Assembly (NCBI RefSeq): GCF_000143415.4
Contig: NW_003314341.1
Span: 229,869 to 293,868 of the forward strand
DNA length: 64,000 nt
Reading direction: 5' to 3'
Source of the DNA: Selaginella moellendorffii
Taxonomy: Eukaryota; Plantae; Lycopodiophyta
Shown one piece after another: positions 10,038 through 22,209 of the stretch. The notes beneath the pieces are model-generated. The model had not been told where the DNA came from, ran no database searches, and saw only the letters and a program-made list of their open reading frames with translations. How positions within the stretch are numbered: position 1 is the first letter of the stretch; each line of letters opens with the position of its first letter. A program made the translations under genes and the position numbers.

Positions 10038-11950
10038 CTTCGTGTTCAAGTGCTTGCAACCCCCCTTCAAGGCAATCTTATACCACATGATCAACACTTT
10101 TACATTGTGAATACAGTCTATGCTGAAATTCTTAAGTAGACTGACAAAAACATGGCACAATTCTATATCCAACCATGAAGTTGTGAGTTTCAAATGCACA
10201 CCACAACAAAGCTGGCATTGACAAGTGTGCCTTGGGTGCTGTCCCATTTTGGTTATGGCATGTGCTATTTAGTTGCTAATGGCAGAGGTACAGTTTTCAT
10301 CCTATTGCTTTTTGAGTGCAGCTCTCATTGCAATATAATGGTTTCTCGCTCATCCCAGGAACCTCTCTAGCAGGCTGAGGAGCAAGTACCAACACTTGCA
10401 CCAAAGATGGACTTGGAAGTATTCTTTGGGCTTTTTGTGTTCAAAATGGAGCAATGCAACTCAACAGTTATCTAATCTAGCTTATATAATGCTTATAACA
10501 CATTTGGTTATGAGAATGTCTTTCAATTGTGGAGTTGATCAAACAGCAAACTTAGCTAAGCTTAGAAAACCTCTTCAAATGGCATCAAATTTGCCAACCA
10601 CCCAGCATTTGCTGGGCAATTGCTAGTTCAAGAAATAAAACACCACTTTTCTGTTGCTGATGTGGCACAAATCACACCACTCCCAGATTCTAAGCCTAGA
10701 CACTAAAACATGTTGTGGGTGGAAGCCCAAAACACTTCTCTCCTTGGGGTTGGTGGGGTGGAGGTGTAACACTGTTGGGGGTTCCAAAAGTATAGTGGTG
10801 TTGGAAGAGTTGGAAGAGTTAGGTAGTTGAGGTGGAGTTCAAGTATGAGTATGCGTATGAGTCTGGCACTGAGTTTTGGGCAAGCTCCCTCTGCACGTGG
10901 CATGCTGCAAGTGGGGTGGGCTTGCATGCTCCAATTGGCTCTGACTTTGGCTCTGGTTTTGCTACCCTCAATACCACACTCCCTGCTCACTATCGGGACA
11001 AGGAGACTTAGTCAGACTAGAGGTCTGGATCTTTGCATGTGGTAGTGGTGAGCTGGTTGGTAGTTAATCCTCGTGATGTGGTAGTATGTGCCTTTGGTAG
11101 AGGATTGCACACCCATTGCTATGTGAAAAACATATGCCTATGATTGGTCCTAGCCAATGCTCTGGCATAACCAAGAGAACTCAGGTGACCAACATGTAAG
11201 GTGTTCCACAATTTGGCCTAGCCTCTCACTTTTGTGTGTTCTCTTGGGGCAGTAGGGGGTGTATTGCTCACCCCCTCCCAAGTGCACACCCCTTGCTGTA
11301 TTGAGACCATTTGAGTCTGGATCCAGGTCCAGATCTAGGTGGGCAATCCCCATATTTGTTTTGGGGCAGTAGGAGTGTGTTACTCACCCCCTCCCAAGCT
11401 TTGACATGGGTGAGCTCAGCTGCATGGGGGCTTAAACTGGTGCTTCACAGTTGAGGAATTAACACTCTAGACACCTACCCTTTATTAAAAGTGTATATGA
11501 TGGAGGGAGCAAGAAATTGAATAATCTATGCTATTCAACAACCTTTGGGAATCTTAGGCAGAGGATATTTTTCTACCTAGCAAAAGGTTTGGTTACTCTA
11601 TAATATGAAAAAGTTTTCTCCTGCTTGAAACTCCGATTGTAATGACAACTTTAAAGTTTACAGTTGTTTGCAAAAAATTTCAAGCAATGAATCAAAATTT
11701 TCAGCTGTTAAGTGATGACGTTGCTAGTTAAATAGCAACAAAATTTGAAGAGATCAATAAAACAATTGCAAAAAATTTTAAAGGCCCAGAGCAAGAAAAT
11801 AGTTTTTTACACCAACTTTGACTATAGGGAGTTTGAAGCTTTTGACATTGTCTATAAGGTGTACTCATACCTCATCTTTTTCTTTTAAAGAATTCCCTAA
11901 GGCTAAAGGATCCCCCAGAATCATGATTGGAATAATAAAGAATTTATAAG

Positions 11951-12101
11951 ATTGAGTTCAAGATTAAGTTTAAAACCAAGTCCAAAACTGAGTTTAAGAC
12001 CAAGTCTTAGATTGAGTCCAAGATCTAATATTGGGTTTGAGACTAAATTCAAGACCAAGTCTGAAATCAAGTTCAAAATGAAGTTTGAAATTCATTTTAA
12101 G
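11951..12101. repeat. Degenerate 12-bp minisatellite (about 12 units, consensus AYYRAGTYYRAR)
   Basis: ATTGAGTTCAAG, ATTAAGTTTAAA, ACCAAGTCCAAA, ACTGAGTTTAAG, ACCAAGTCTTAG, ATTGAGTCCAAG and further units. Confidence 0.75.
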
Positions 12102-13165
12102 TTTTTTGTTTGCTTTAAGTAAACTTGTAAGGGAATTGAGATGGTAATGGATATACCTAAAATATACTTGGATATTCTAGGATATTCTTCCATCTAATGG
12201 CTATTATTCATTGAGATTAGTCTTGTATTTACAATTTATAAATATGTTTATAATTTATAAACTTTCTTAACCCTTTCTAATATATGTTTGATATGCAATA
12301 AGATTAATCTTGTGTTTATAAATTACAAACATGCTTATAATTATAAATTTTATTTGATCAATTGGATTAATAAATAGAAATAATACTACTATTAAGCCAA
12401 CCAAGCATTGCTACATGCAATGCGTAGCAAATTATTTAATTTTGTAAAAATAAATATGCAACTTTTTAATTATTCTAAAGAGTTAATTATTATTTTTGTT
12501 GCATAAACTTATTGAAATGAAAAAATCAAGGGCCAAAGTCTAGGGATCAAAGATACTAGCCTGGACTAGCCCTCATTGTCTCCATAGGTTGGATGATTCA
12601 AATGGCTGTGGTGATGATGCTCATTGGACCTAGAAAGAAAGCCAAAAACAAAATGGGACAACACAAATTTGAAATCGAAAAGAATAAATTTTTTGAGGAA
12701 TAAAATTTCCTTGTGCCCCACCATCACTTCTGGTCACACCAGAGGGCAAGGTGCATGCACTCAACTCGTGCAGTGCTGTGCATGCGAGATGGGCATGTCC
12801 AAGATGAGGATTTTGAAGGTGACGAGTGGAAGTTGTAGATATGAGGTAATGCGAGAAGTTGGATGCTAGAGAGCTGAATTGTGTGCAGAAGTTAGTGTTT
12901 TTTAAGACTCAAACAAACTCTAATTTCAAGAATTCAAATTGACAATGATAAAGTGAACAGCATTCAAATAACTTCATTAGAGTAACTAGCTTGCCTCCTG
13001 GAGTTTGTCATGAGTGCCAAGAGCTCAACGTGGAGCTGCTTGTTACAGATGGTAGTAAGCAATTCTATTTTTCCTTCTTTTCCCTTTTGGGTGACCAGTG
13101 CAATTTATTTAGTATGAGCAATTGGGTGGCACAGTCTTGTAAGCATATTCTACAAAGGAATATTG

Positions 13166-13203
13166 TTGCTCACTACCCAGCATTCGCTAGGCAAATTGCT
13201 TAT
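13166..13203 (+). mobile_element. Decayed Helitron 3'-terminus copy
   Basis: TTGCTCACTACCCAGCATTCGCTAGGCAAATTGCTTAT aligns with TTGCCAACCACCCAGCATTTGCTGGGCAATTGCTAGT at 10591-10627. Confidence 0.55.
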
Positions 13204-13854
13204 GCATTATTATTACATGTTTTAGATCATGAGTACCCAACTAGGAGCACAAGCTCAGAACTCGAAAGAGGGAAGACCATGTGGCGAAGGAAGAAAAATC
13301 AAGAAGCCTGATGCATTTGTTTTTCTTTCATGTAGCCAAATAAGAAACAAAGTTATAGAGAAATTTTTGGTTCTATCTCCGACTCTGTTCTCTTCTTTGG
13401 AGGTCGAGGAAGATGTCCTCCATGTTCAGTGACATGTCCGGTGCTAATAAGCAACTTCAATGTCTAGTTTACTGTATTATAGTTACAATGAGAGTGTAAT
13501 AATGTCTCAGAGCATGAGAAATTCTCATTAAAAAAAAACTTTAGCATTGCAAGTACCTAAATCTATGCACACAAAAATATTATGAACCCAATCACCCAAT
13601 CACTTTTGGATTGCTATATAAGCAATCTAAACGTATGAATTACAATATTTACATGGAACATGCCATGTGCATGCAGGAAACTTCATGCCATTCATGCAGC
13701 TATGTCATTCCTCAGTTTTTTTGAAGTAATTTGATTCAACCCACAATTGTGGAGCTTTGTATGTACAAGAAAGTGCACAAACCCAAGGAGAAGAGTCGTT
13801 GATAAGAAGAAACTCGTAAACCAAGAATGAAATAATAAGGAAGAAGTATCTCTA

Positions 13855-16434
13855 TTAAATCGCGGATGTCACTTGAGGACAAAACACGTTTGCAGCGTCA
13901 CAGCCGAGCACGTCTTTGAACTCCCTGTGGATCCAGAAACTGTCGTAAACTTGGCCGTCCGAACTCTTCTTGTACTCGAACAGCAGCGATGATCGATTGA
14001 ACGCCGTGATCTTTGTGTAACCATAGTCATAGTCACGCTTCACGCTCCATGCCGGCGTTGGCGACGGGAACGGCGTGAGTGAAGCCCCAGCACCTCCCGC
14101 GACTACGTGAATCGTTGCATTGAATTTCCCAGAGTAAACATTGGTCTCATTGGTAACGCAAACCTCCTGCAAAGAACAGATAGTTCTTCCAAACAAGTAG
14201 AGAAAGAGCTCATACTCACGTCATAAACTGGACAGGATCGCTCGTAGTTGTGGACGTGGCCGTAGAAGGCGATGTCCACCTTGTACTTTTGCCACAAACC
14301 TTGCAGGCTTTCCCTGCTAAATGGCTCTGCAGTAGTGTTCTCGCTGGCTACGTACCACGAAGAGTAGCCAAGGACACGGTGAGCGATGAATATCAACCAT
14401 GGCTGCTTTTGCCTGTCCGCGCTAGCAAGGCATTCTTCGATCCACTTGTACTGCTCGCTTCCTTTGCGCCAGTCGTGCTCCGAGTCGGCAATGCAGAAGT
14501 GTAAAAGCCCATAATCCGTCGAATACCTGCAAAAAAAAAAAACTTCCTATGACATACTAGAACTTTTCCTATGATTACAAAATCCTATTCGTTCCCTATA
14601 GACAACATACCAGAACTTTTCCCTGTTCTTGACAGGCATGTTGAACACAGTTGATGAAAGCACCCCACACTCGCCTCCGGAGTCCGTTGTGTTATAAAAG
14701 GAACCAGAGTTAGGCCAATCCCGTTCATGATTTCCACTGCAAAGGCATAATTGTAACCTTATAGTTTTTTTCCTGTGTGTATAGTATACCTGGCCGTCAT
14801 ATAAGGGACACGTGAAGTCATTCCTTCAATCTGTTCCGTGAACTGATCCCATTGAGAAATATACCCCGTTGCATAGGATAAGTCTCCAATGTGGAAAATA
14901 ATGTCAATGTTGTCTATTTCTTTTGTGATCGTGTCGGTTGTGTTCAGTGAGCCAAACTGGAAATCATCGTACATCATTGATCCATCTCTTTCGTGCTGTT
15001 TGATCGATGTAGCTGTTAGATAAAAAAAGAGAAAAAAACATATAGCCGCCTTTGGGGTACCTTTCCCAAATCTCCAAAGATGACAACCCGTTGCAACGAC
15101 TCTTCACCAGGAAATGGAGGAGACTTAAAATATTTAATCGGACTCATCACGACCGAGTTATCTGATAACTTATGACCAACGCGATAGCTATATCTGAATA
15201 GGTATTGCAGAGATCAAATAAATAAAAATTGCATTGGAGATGGTGATTTACCTTGTGTTGGGCAATAAATCCTTCATTGATCCAGTATGAATTTGGCCGG
15301 GATCACGCCAGCCAACAGTGGACGCTGGAGGTCCTGAAGAAAAGTTTTCCAATATTACACACAAAACTTTAAAAAACTACAGACCACACATGTCTCCACG
15401 AGACAATGAAAGTGTGCTAGCCGGAGAGAATGACGGAATCTTGTGAAGTGCAATGTGATCCGCAACCTCATACGAAACGAACGGAATCGCTTCGCTGGTT
15501 CGATAACCACTAGTCCACGTTACAGTCATCTGAACTATAAGCATAAGCATATGCTAAATAATTGTTGACAGTAACCATACCTCATTCCAAAATTGTCCTT
15601 GAGCTAGTCTTGGGTATAAAGGCATCTTTAAGTGCGCAAAGGTGACTGGGCTGGACACAGCAATGAGCACCGGCTGCCATCCAAAAAACAACGTGAGAAT
15701 GTGAAAGAAGTTACGGTGAAAGTGTCTTACAGTATGAACGCCAGTGAACAGAGCGAACACAAAGTCAGAGCGTTGGTTGATAAGACGGAACGCGATTTGT
15801 CCATTGCCAGTGCTGACGTAGTCGGGTGAAGCGGAAGCATTTTGGAACTGCACGCACAAACAAGCAAAGCTAGAAGAGACTCCAAAAACAAAGAGGCATT
15901 ACAATGGAAGAAAAGACCTTCCACGAGAACAAGAAAAATATAGAAAACAATCGAGTAGAATACAATGAGAACGAAATGAGTACCTTGATGGGAGCAGTGC
16001 ACAAATTCGGAGGATATTCCCTATTTGGACCATTATAATCGTCCAAGCAAGCCGACGCGCTGCACACATCACACACGAGAAAGATAATTCTGCTCGAGAG
16101 CTCCTGTGTTCCCACATACTTGAACTTTGATGGCGAGAAAACACCAATCCAGTCGTCATTGCTAGCTCCAGAAGACCTTTGGTATTTCACAGTGACATAT
16201 CCCACATACCCCCACTGAAGAATCGAAGGCCAATTACAACATATAAACTGGAAGAAAACATTGTACCTTAAGTCCGAGTAGCTGAGGATAAACTTGGACG
16301 GAGGCAGACTCATTGAGACCAATCAAAGCGCGATCAGTTCTCAAACGAGAGAGGACGTGCCTGTGCTGGAAGCTCGATCCACAAAGTTGCAGCAAAATGA
16401 GGAGGAAACAAGAAGCAACCAACGGACGGCTCAT
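13855..16434 (-). CDS. Purple acid phosphatase of the nucleotide pyrophosphatase/phosphodiesterase (PAP1/24/27-like) group, multi-exon, secreted
   Basis: Signal peptide MSRPLVASCFLLILLQLCG; exons with NDDWIGVFSP, FRLINQRSDF, PLYPRLAQG, FGDLGK, GDLSYATGYISQWDQF, GNHERDWP, GHVHNYER; GT-AG introns. Confidence 0.92.
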
Positions 16435-19245
16435 TGTTCCTACTGCCCTCGTATGGATATTCGCACAACCCCTGGCATGATTCCTCACATATATGTCCAA
16501 CCAGACCAAAAAAAGAGCAACGATAAAAAGGAAAAGATCTTACATCGATCAAAATATACTGGCAAACGCGAGGTAGAAACGGAAGAGCAAGCCAACAAGC
16601 TTGGATGCTTTCAACATCAATTTCCAGCACGATCGCATTCATGCCTGAACAGATACTGAAGCCAAACGACAGTTCCAAAATCTGGCACAAGCAAGAACGG
16701 ACGGTGGTAAATGATCAATGATCATTGCGGCGCGGAAGCAGGCAAGACCCGCCCCAATATGGTTCTAGTGCAAAGATGAAACTAAATTTAACGATACACA
16801 TTAGCCGCAAGCTCTCCCGAACGACATGAAGCCAGCCTTCAAATCCGCCATGGCTGCAACGTGATCAGCCGGGCGGCGGGAATGAGAGAACCCCAACTCT
16901 CAAAAGATTGCAGCCGTGTGGTGATCCATGTTCCCCCCCCCTTATCGGCGAGGTCATCAGGAAGATTCTAAGAAACAAACTGAGCTGTTCTTTTTTCCTC
17001 TTCGACTTTGGGAGCAATATTGATGGATTGCATGGTAATGGAATCGTCAGAAAGAATGAGACTAGAGCAGGGGGAAATCAAACAAACGCTTGGCCTGCGA
17101 ATCCAACGAGTACATAGAGAAAATCCTTGACAACGTTTCTTACTTGCACCAACTTCACATTCAGTTCAGCTTGAGCTTCTTCATCCTCATAGATCAAAAT
17201 TGCTCCCAAAGTCGAAGAGGAAAAAAAAACACAAAGAAGTCAGCCAAGATAAGAGATTTGCAACGCAGGAGGAGCTAGACAAAGGAAGCTCTCGCGTTGA
17301 GAATTTGGCGGCTATGTCGGGTTTAAGGTGGGATGTTTCTTTTCGCTCAAATATTCAGAAACGGATTTTGCAGGTGCTTTCTTTCCAGAATGCAATGCCT
17401 AGTCCCAAGGACAAAGAACGAAACATAGCTTGAAACCTGAATAAATGTTTTTTCTTGATCGATGTCATGGCAAGAAGCATCCTTTACTACCTCCTTTCCT
17501 TTTCGTTTCTTCTTTCTACCTTCTTCATTGTGCAATGGCTCGTCAATACGTAATTTCTTGAGTCAATTGAGTACCTCCTCTTCCAGCTCCAGCCCGTAGC
17601 TCGCAGAGGACGCGCCGGAGCACCAGCAAGCGGTGGCTTAGGGACCCCTTGACGGAAAGGAACCGGCAAGGCAAGTTCATCTTATTCATGAGGTGTAGCA
17701 CCCACCTTCACGACACATGCAAGGATGTCATGGCCAACAGAAACCCAAAAGACGTTACAGTAACGAGAAGTCAAAAGCACACACCTGTGGGTAAAATCTT
17801 GGAACAGCGACCAGTGTTGCTTGAAGATGTTGTCATTTGGTGGAGGATAAGTCGACTCCAAGAAGATGGTTCACGCACGAATGAGCCGCGGAAGAAAAGT
17901 GAAGCTTTCGGCGCTATCGTTGCTAGCGCTATTACTTATATGCTGGAACTCGCAGGAGGATCTTCAATCCTGTTGCCTGTGTGCCAGGAAGGCAAATTCA
18001 TGGGAGCGGAACTCGCAAGATGCCTTTGTGCCTTCCGAGGACTCCCGTCTTTGGAGGAATGATCACTCCCTCAAGTTAAGACAGCCGTGCGGGTTCCTTC
18101 TTACTTTGAAGAGAAGTTTTGGCACGGCAAACTTCTAAATTTGAACAGGTTTTGGTAGTAACGCTTTGATTTCAGAAAGAACAACAAGAACACCATGCCG
18201 CATGTTTGGTTATAAGAAGAAAGAACAATGCTCTCTGGAGCTCGGAATCCATTGCGCGCGATCACGGGAGCTCTCTTCCTGACTGGATCTTGTCATAACC
18301 AAGAGCAGTCAATCCGGGGAAGCGTCGCTGGTTTTCTGATTGTGTCTTTTGGGCATGAGAAGTTTCGAGTAAATCAAACCAAAACCAAGGAAAGCAAAAA
18401 CTTGGGAATTTTTTTATCGAATTTTTTTAGACGATTGTTTGATCGCCCACCTTCCCTGGCAATTTCTCCGTCCTTCCAGAGCTAGATTTTCAAGCGAGCT
18501 GCTCTACCATGCTATGATTGATCATGCCACAAGAAGAAAGTGTACATGTTTTTTAGTGTATGAGAGTGTTAGTTGGGGTGGTGGTGGTGATCAAATTCTT
18601 ACATCAAAGAAAGAGAACATTGGGTGAATGTGTATGAATTGAATGCCTCTTTCTGCTCTATTTCTAGAGCTTGGACCACAGAGCAAACACCAAAATGTGC
18701 TCTACTCGTCAGGACTTCGCTCGCACAGCTAGCATCCATTGGAGCCCTATGATTCAAATTGCGTCCTGCCCAAGATGGTGACTAGGCATGTCCCAGTTGC
18801 TGCAAAGTGTGATTTCTTGTTCTCTGCCATGGTCGCGAGTAGGCGGCCAAGCAAGCCACAGTCTCAATGGCACCAGAGATCAACAGGTACACCATTTCCA
18901 TGATCATGGGAAGTCACCGTCTGCGTGGGTTCGAGGGCGCGGGATCTCAGTCTCCAAGTAGCGAGAGCATGAGTTATCTGGCCTCTCTGCTGCTGGACAA
19001 CAGCGTCATGACCAGGGATTGTCTTTTAGAATCCTTCGTGCTTCACACACACACCTCAAGAGGTGGACGACATCACCTCCCCAGCTATGGACATCATCGA
19101 GAAGAATTACATCTCCTTTCCACAGCACGACCAGTGGTCCAGCAGTGGAGGCAAGAAGAGGTTTGCAGACCACACGTCTAAAGAAATATCCCACTCGCTG
19201 CATTTTTTAGCAAACCTTAGTATGATAAGCGAGGCTCGATGACTC

Positions 19246-21321
19246 TTGCCATTTCTTTGGCATACAAGTACTTCTGAAAATTCGACAGTAAAACCGGGTT
19301 CCAATATGAAACTTTGGAGACCTGCGGTCTCAAAGCGCAAGCGCGATGTGGACGACATGACAGCAGCCGTCGAAGCATGGACTGCTATGCGGAAACTCAA
19401 GCACGAAGATCTGCTCAATCCCGATAAGGTAGCTTCTATTCCATACCCAGGCATTCGAGATCCAGGCGGCAGACCAGGGCGAAGACTAGGTGTTATAGGG
19501 ATTGAGGTTTTGGGGAGTTCTTGGATGTCTGGGACGATGACATCCAGACGACGGTGGTGTAGTCATGGTAGGGGCTAAAGGCATAGGCAAGAGTGTTCGT
19601 CTGATGGTTTTCGCCTGTATTCAGTTTGTCAAGGCCACGTCCCGCATTCTCTGCATCTGGAACATGATGCAGGCGAAGCATGATCTTTTCGGGTGCCTCA
19701 AGGATGCGCTCCTCTTTGCCTATTTGGAGGAGCCAGAGATGGCGATGGAGATTGAAATGATTGACTCTTTGCAAGACCTCCAGAAGTTTATTCATCGCAG
19801 GAAGAGCATCTGCCACGAGACTTTCTGGTTCATCCTCGATGGCGCACAGGCATTAGATGTCCACACTTGGAACCAATCGTTACAAATCCGCTCCGCCGCT
19901 GCTCACCAACTGGATATCTTTCTACAAGGCTGTAAGGTCTTGTGGGGAGTTTCTCCAGAGGCTGAGCTAGACGAAGAGAAACTGCATGACTCTGTCAGGA
20001 GTGCCTGCTGTGAAGAGGGCTGAGTGAGAGAGCTCTGAGTGAGGACATACATGAGAAGCTCAGTTCTAGGCGCAGTTATTAATTTAAGGAGAGGATCTAT
20101 ATCCGTCATCTCACTCACTGCTGAGAAACTCTGAATATCCCGCTCGATGGAACTGATGATGCGATGCTCCTCAAAGCATACCAGTACCGTTTGCCAATCC
20201 TCCTCATCTTCAAGCAGCTCCACGGCGTCTTCGACTTTCAAGTATCTCTGGCTGGGGCTTGGCCTTTCCTTGGGTCTGGAGAGCCTTCCATTCTTTATCG
20301 CAGGCCAGAAGTTTGCAGCAGTCATTCAGAATCGTCAGAAACCATGGGTGGCTTCAATGGGTGGCTTCATGGGTGGTTTCCGGCATAGCGACTTGAATCA
20401 CGCTGCCGGGCAAGTTCTGTACATACACCTTACATTGAGGAGCTCTACATCGACGTTTTCCGTGAGAAGGAAGCAACTTTTGCCAAGGCTCGGGGGGGGG
20501 GGGGGGGTGGACTATTGTGAAGTGGTGATGAAGGAGCCTGTTACCAACTGGGCGGAAATAGGCATATGCGAGCGACTTTTCACGGACGTGGTATCCAGGT
20601 TGGGAATAAGGATTGCTCCCTACTTGTACATATCCACAGTGAAAGCTGAACGCTTCAGAACTGCTCCAAACCTGTTGAAGAAGCTGCCTGCTCATGGCTA
20701 CGGCATTGTGTTTTTCCCCAGTAAGTTCAACTTTGGAGACATTGACGGGGCTGTAGTATACAGGGACATGGCTGGCCAGCTTCATTTGGTTTGGTGGCAC
20801 TGCAGGTCACCACCAGCTTAGACAAGCACTTGCATTCTGCAGACAGGTTTCTGAGCATCCAAGTGATCGACCAGTGGATTCCCTCGGGCTTGAAGGAATG
20901 GAAGCTGCACTTCGCCTTTATATGCCTGACGAGCAAAGATGAAGCTCCCAAGGGTGGCAGTATTAATCAGCACCGCAGTGGAGCATGCTTCGGGGTGCCG
21001 TATACGCTGCACATCAGGTCCTTTGAAGATGCCCTAGCTGCGTTGCCGACCAAGGAACTCAATCTCTTGCGCGATATTGCACTCAATAGGGAGGAACACT
21101 ACACCACACTTGCTGGCTGTCCACCAGTTCCACCAGCGCTTGATGTGTCTGCAGCGGCTGCAACAGTGCGACTGTCGCCTACGGACCTCAAGAATCTCAG
21201 AAAGCCGCAGCTCAATGCCATTGGCATTTCAGCTGGAATGGATCCTGACGAGCATAGGAACATGAAGTTGCTAGCTGCAGCCATGCAAGCTAAGGGCGTG
21301 ATCGTTGTTGATCGTCTTTGA
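19246..21321 (+). pseudogene. Crinkler/RHS-like P-loop NTPase + PD-(D/E)xK nuclease, frameshifted
   Basis: Walker A VMVGAKGIGKS, Walker B-like FWFILDG, nuclease-like FFPSKFNFGDIDGAVV...HLVALQVT..KH. The pieces lie in different frames, with stops and a G16 run. Confidence 0.65.
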
Positions 21322-22209
21322 TAGCTCTTTCAATCAGCCTAAAAACAAACAAACGATCTGGACTATTGTGAAGTGGTGATGAAGGAGCCTGTTACCAACT
21401 GGGCGGAAATAGGCATATGCGAGCGACTTTTCACGGACGTGGTATCCAGGTTGGGAATAAGGATTGCTCCCTACTTGTACATATCCACAGTGAAAGCTGA
21501 ACGCTTCAGAACTGCTCCAAACCTGTTGAAGAAGCTGCCTGCTCATGGCTACGGCATTGTGTTTTTCCCCAGTAAGTTCAACTTTGGAGACATTGACGGG
21601 GCTGTAGTATACAGGGACATGGCTGGCCAGCTTCATTTGGTTTGGTGGCACTGCAGGTCACCACCAGCTTAGACAAGCACTTGCATTCTGCAGACAGGTT
21701 TCTGAGCATCCAAGTGATCGACCAGTGGATTCCCTCGGGCTTGAAGGAATGGAAGCTGCACTTCGCCTTTATATGCCTGACGAGCAAAGATGAAGCTCCC
21801 AAGGGTGGCAGTATTAATCAGCACCGCAGTGGAGCATGCTTCGGGGTGCCGTATACGCTGCACATCAGGTCCTTTGAAGATGCCCTAGCTGCGTTGCCGA
21901 CCAAGGAACTCAATCTCTTGCGCGATATTGCACTCAATAGGGAGGAACACTACACCACACTTGCTGGCTGTCCACCAGTTCCACCAGCGCTTGATGTGTC
22001 TGCAGCGGCTGCAACAGTGCGACTGTCGCCTACGGACCTCAAGAATCTCAGAAAGCCGCAGCTCAATGCCATTGGCATTTCAGCTGGAATGGATCCTGAC
22101 GAGCATAGGAACATGAAGTTGCTAGCTGCAGCCATGCAAGCTAAGGGCGTGATCGTTGTTGATCGTCTTTGATAGCTCTTTCAATCAGCCTAAAAACAAA
22201 CAAACGATC
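20508..22209 (+). repeat. Head-to-tail 851-bp tandem duplication (20508-21358 and 21359-22209)
   Basis: Both copies start TGGACTATTGTGAAG and end AAACAAACGATC. The ORF track gives identical translations offset by 851 bp. Confidence 0.95.

Larger units (their letters stand above)
4223..10626 (+). mobile_element. Helitron (rolling-circle transposon), both termini present
   Basis: 5' end A|TCTATACATATAAAG at 4222|4223. 3' hairpin CCCAGCA-TT-TGCTGGG (10601-10616) then CTAG|T (10623-10626|10627), i.e. insertion in an AT target. Encloses a Rep/helicase ORF. Confidence 0.9.

Noticed and set aside
16455-16462. Single P1BS (GGATATTC) just upstream of the PAP start codon
   Set aside because: Biologically plausible, but one such motif is expected by chance every few kb.
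16790-16870. Minus-strand CSHGG peptide resembling a PPR fragment
   Set aside because: Too short and degenerate to support.
17200-19240. Short ORFs, including a vague KIX-like MSGLRWDVSFRSNIQKRILQ
   Set aside because: No convincing motif or gene structure; could be pseudogene debris.
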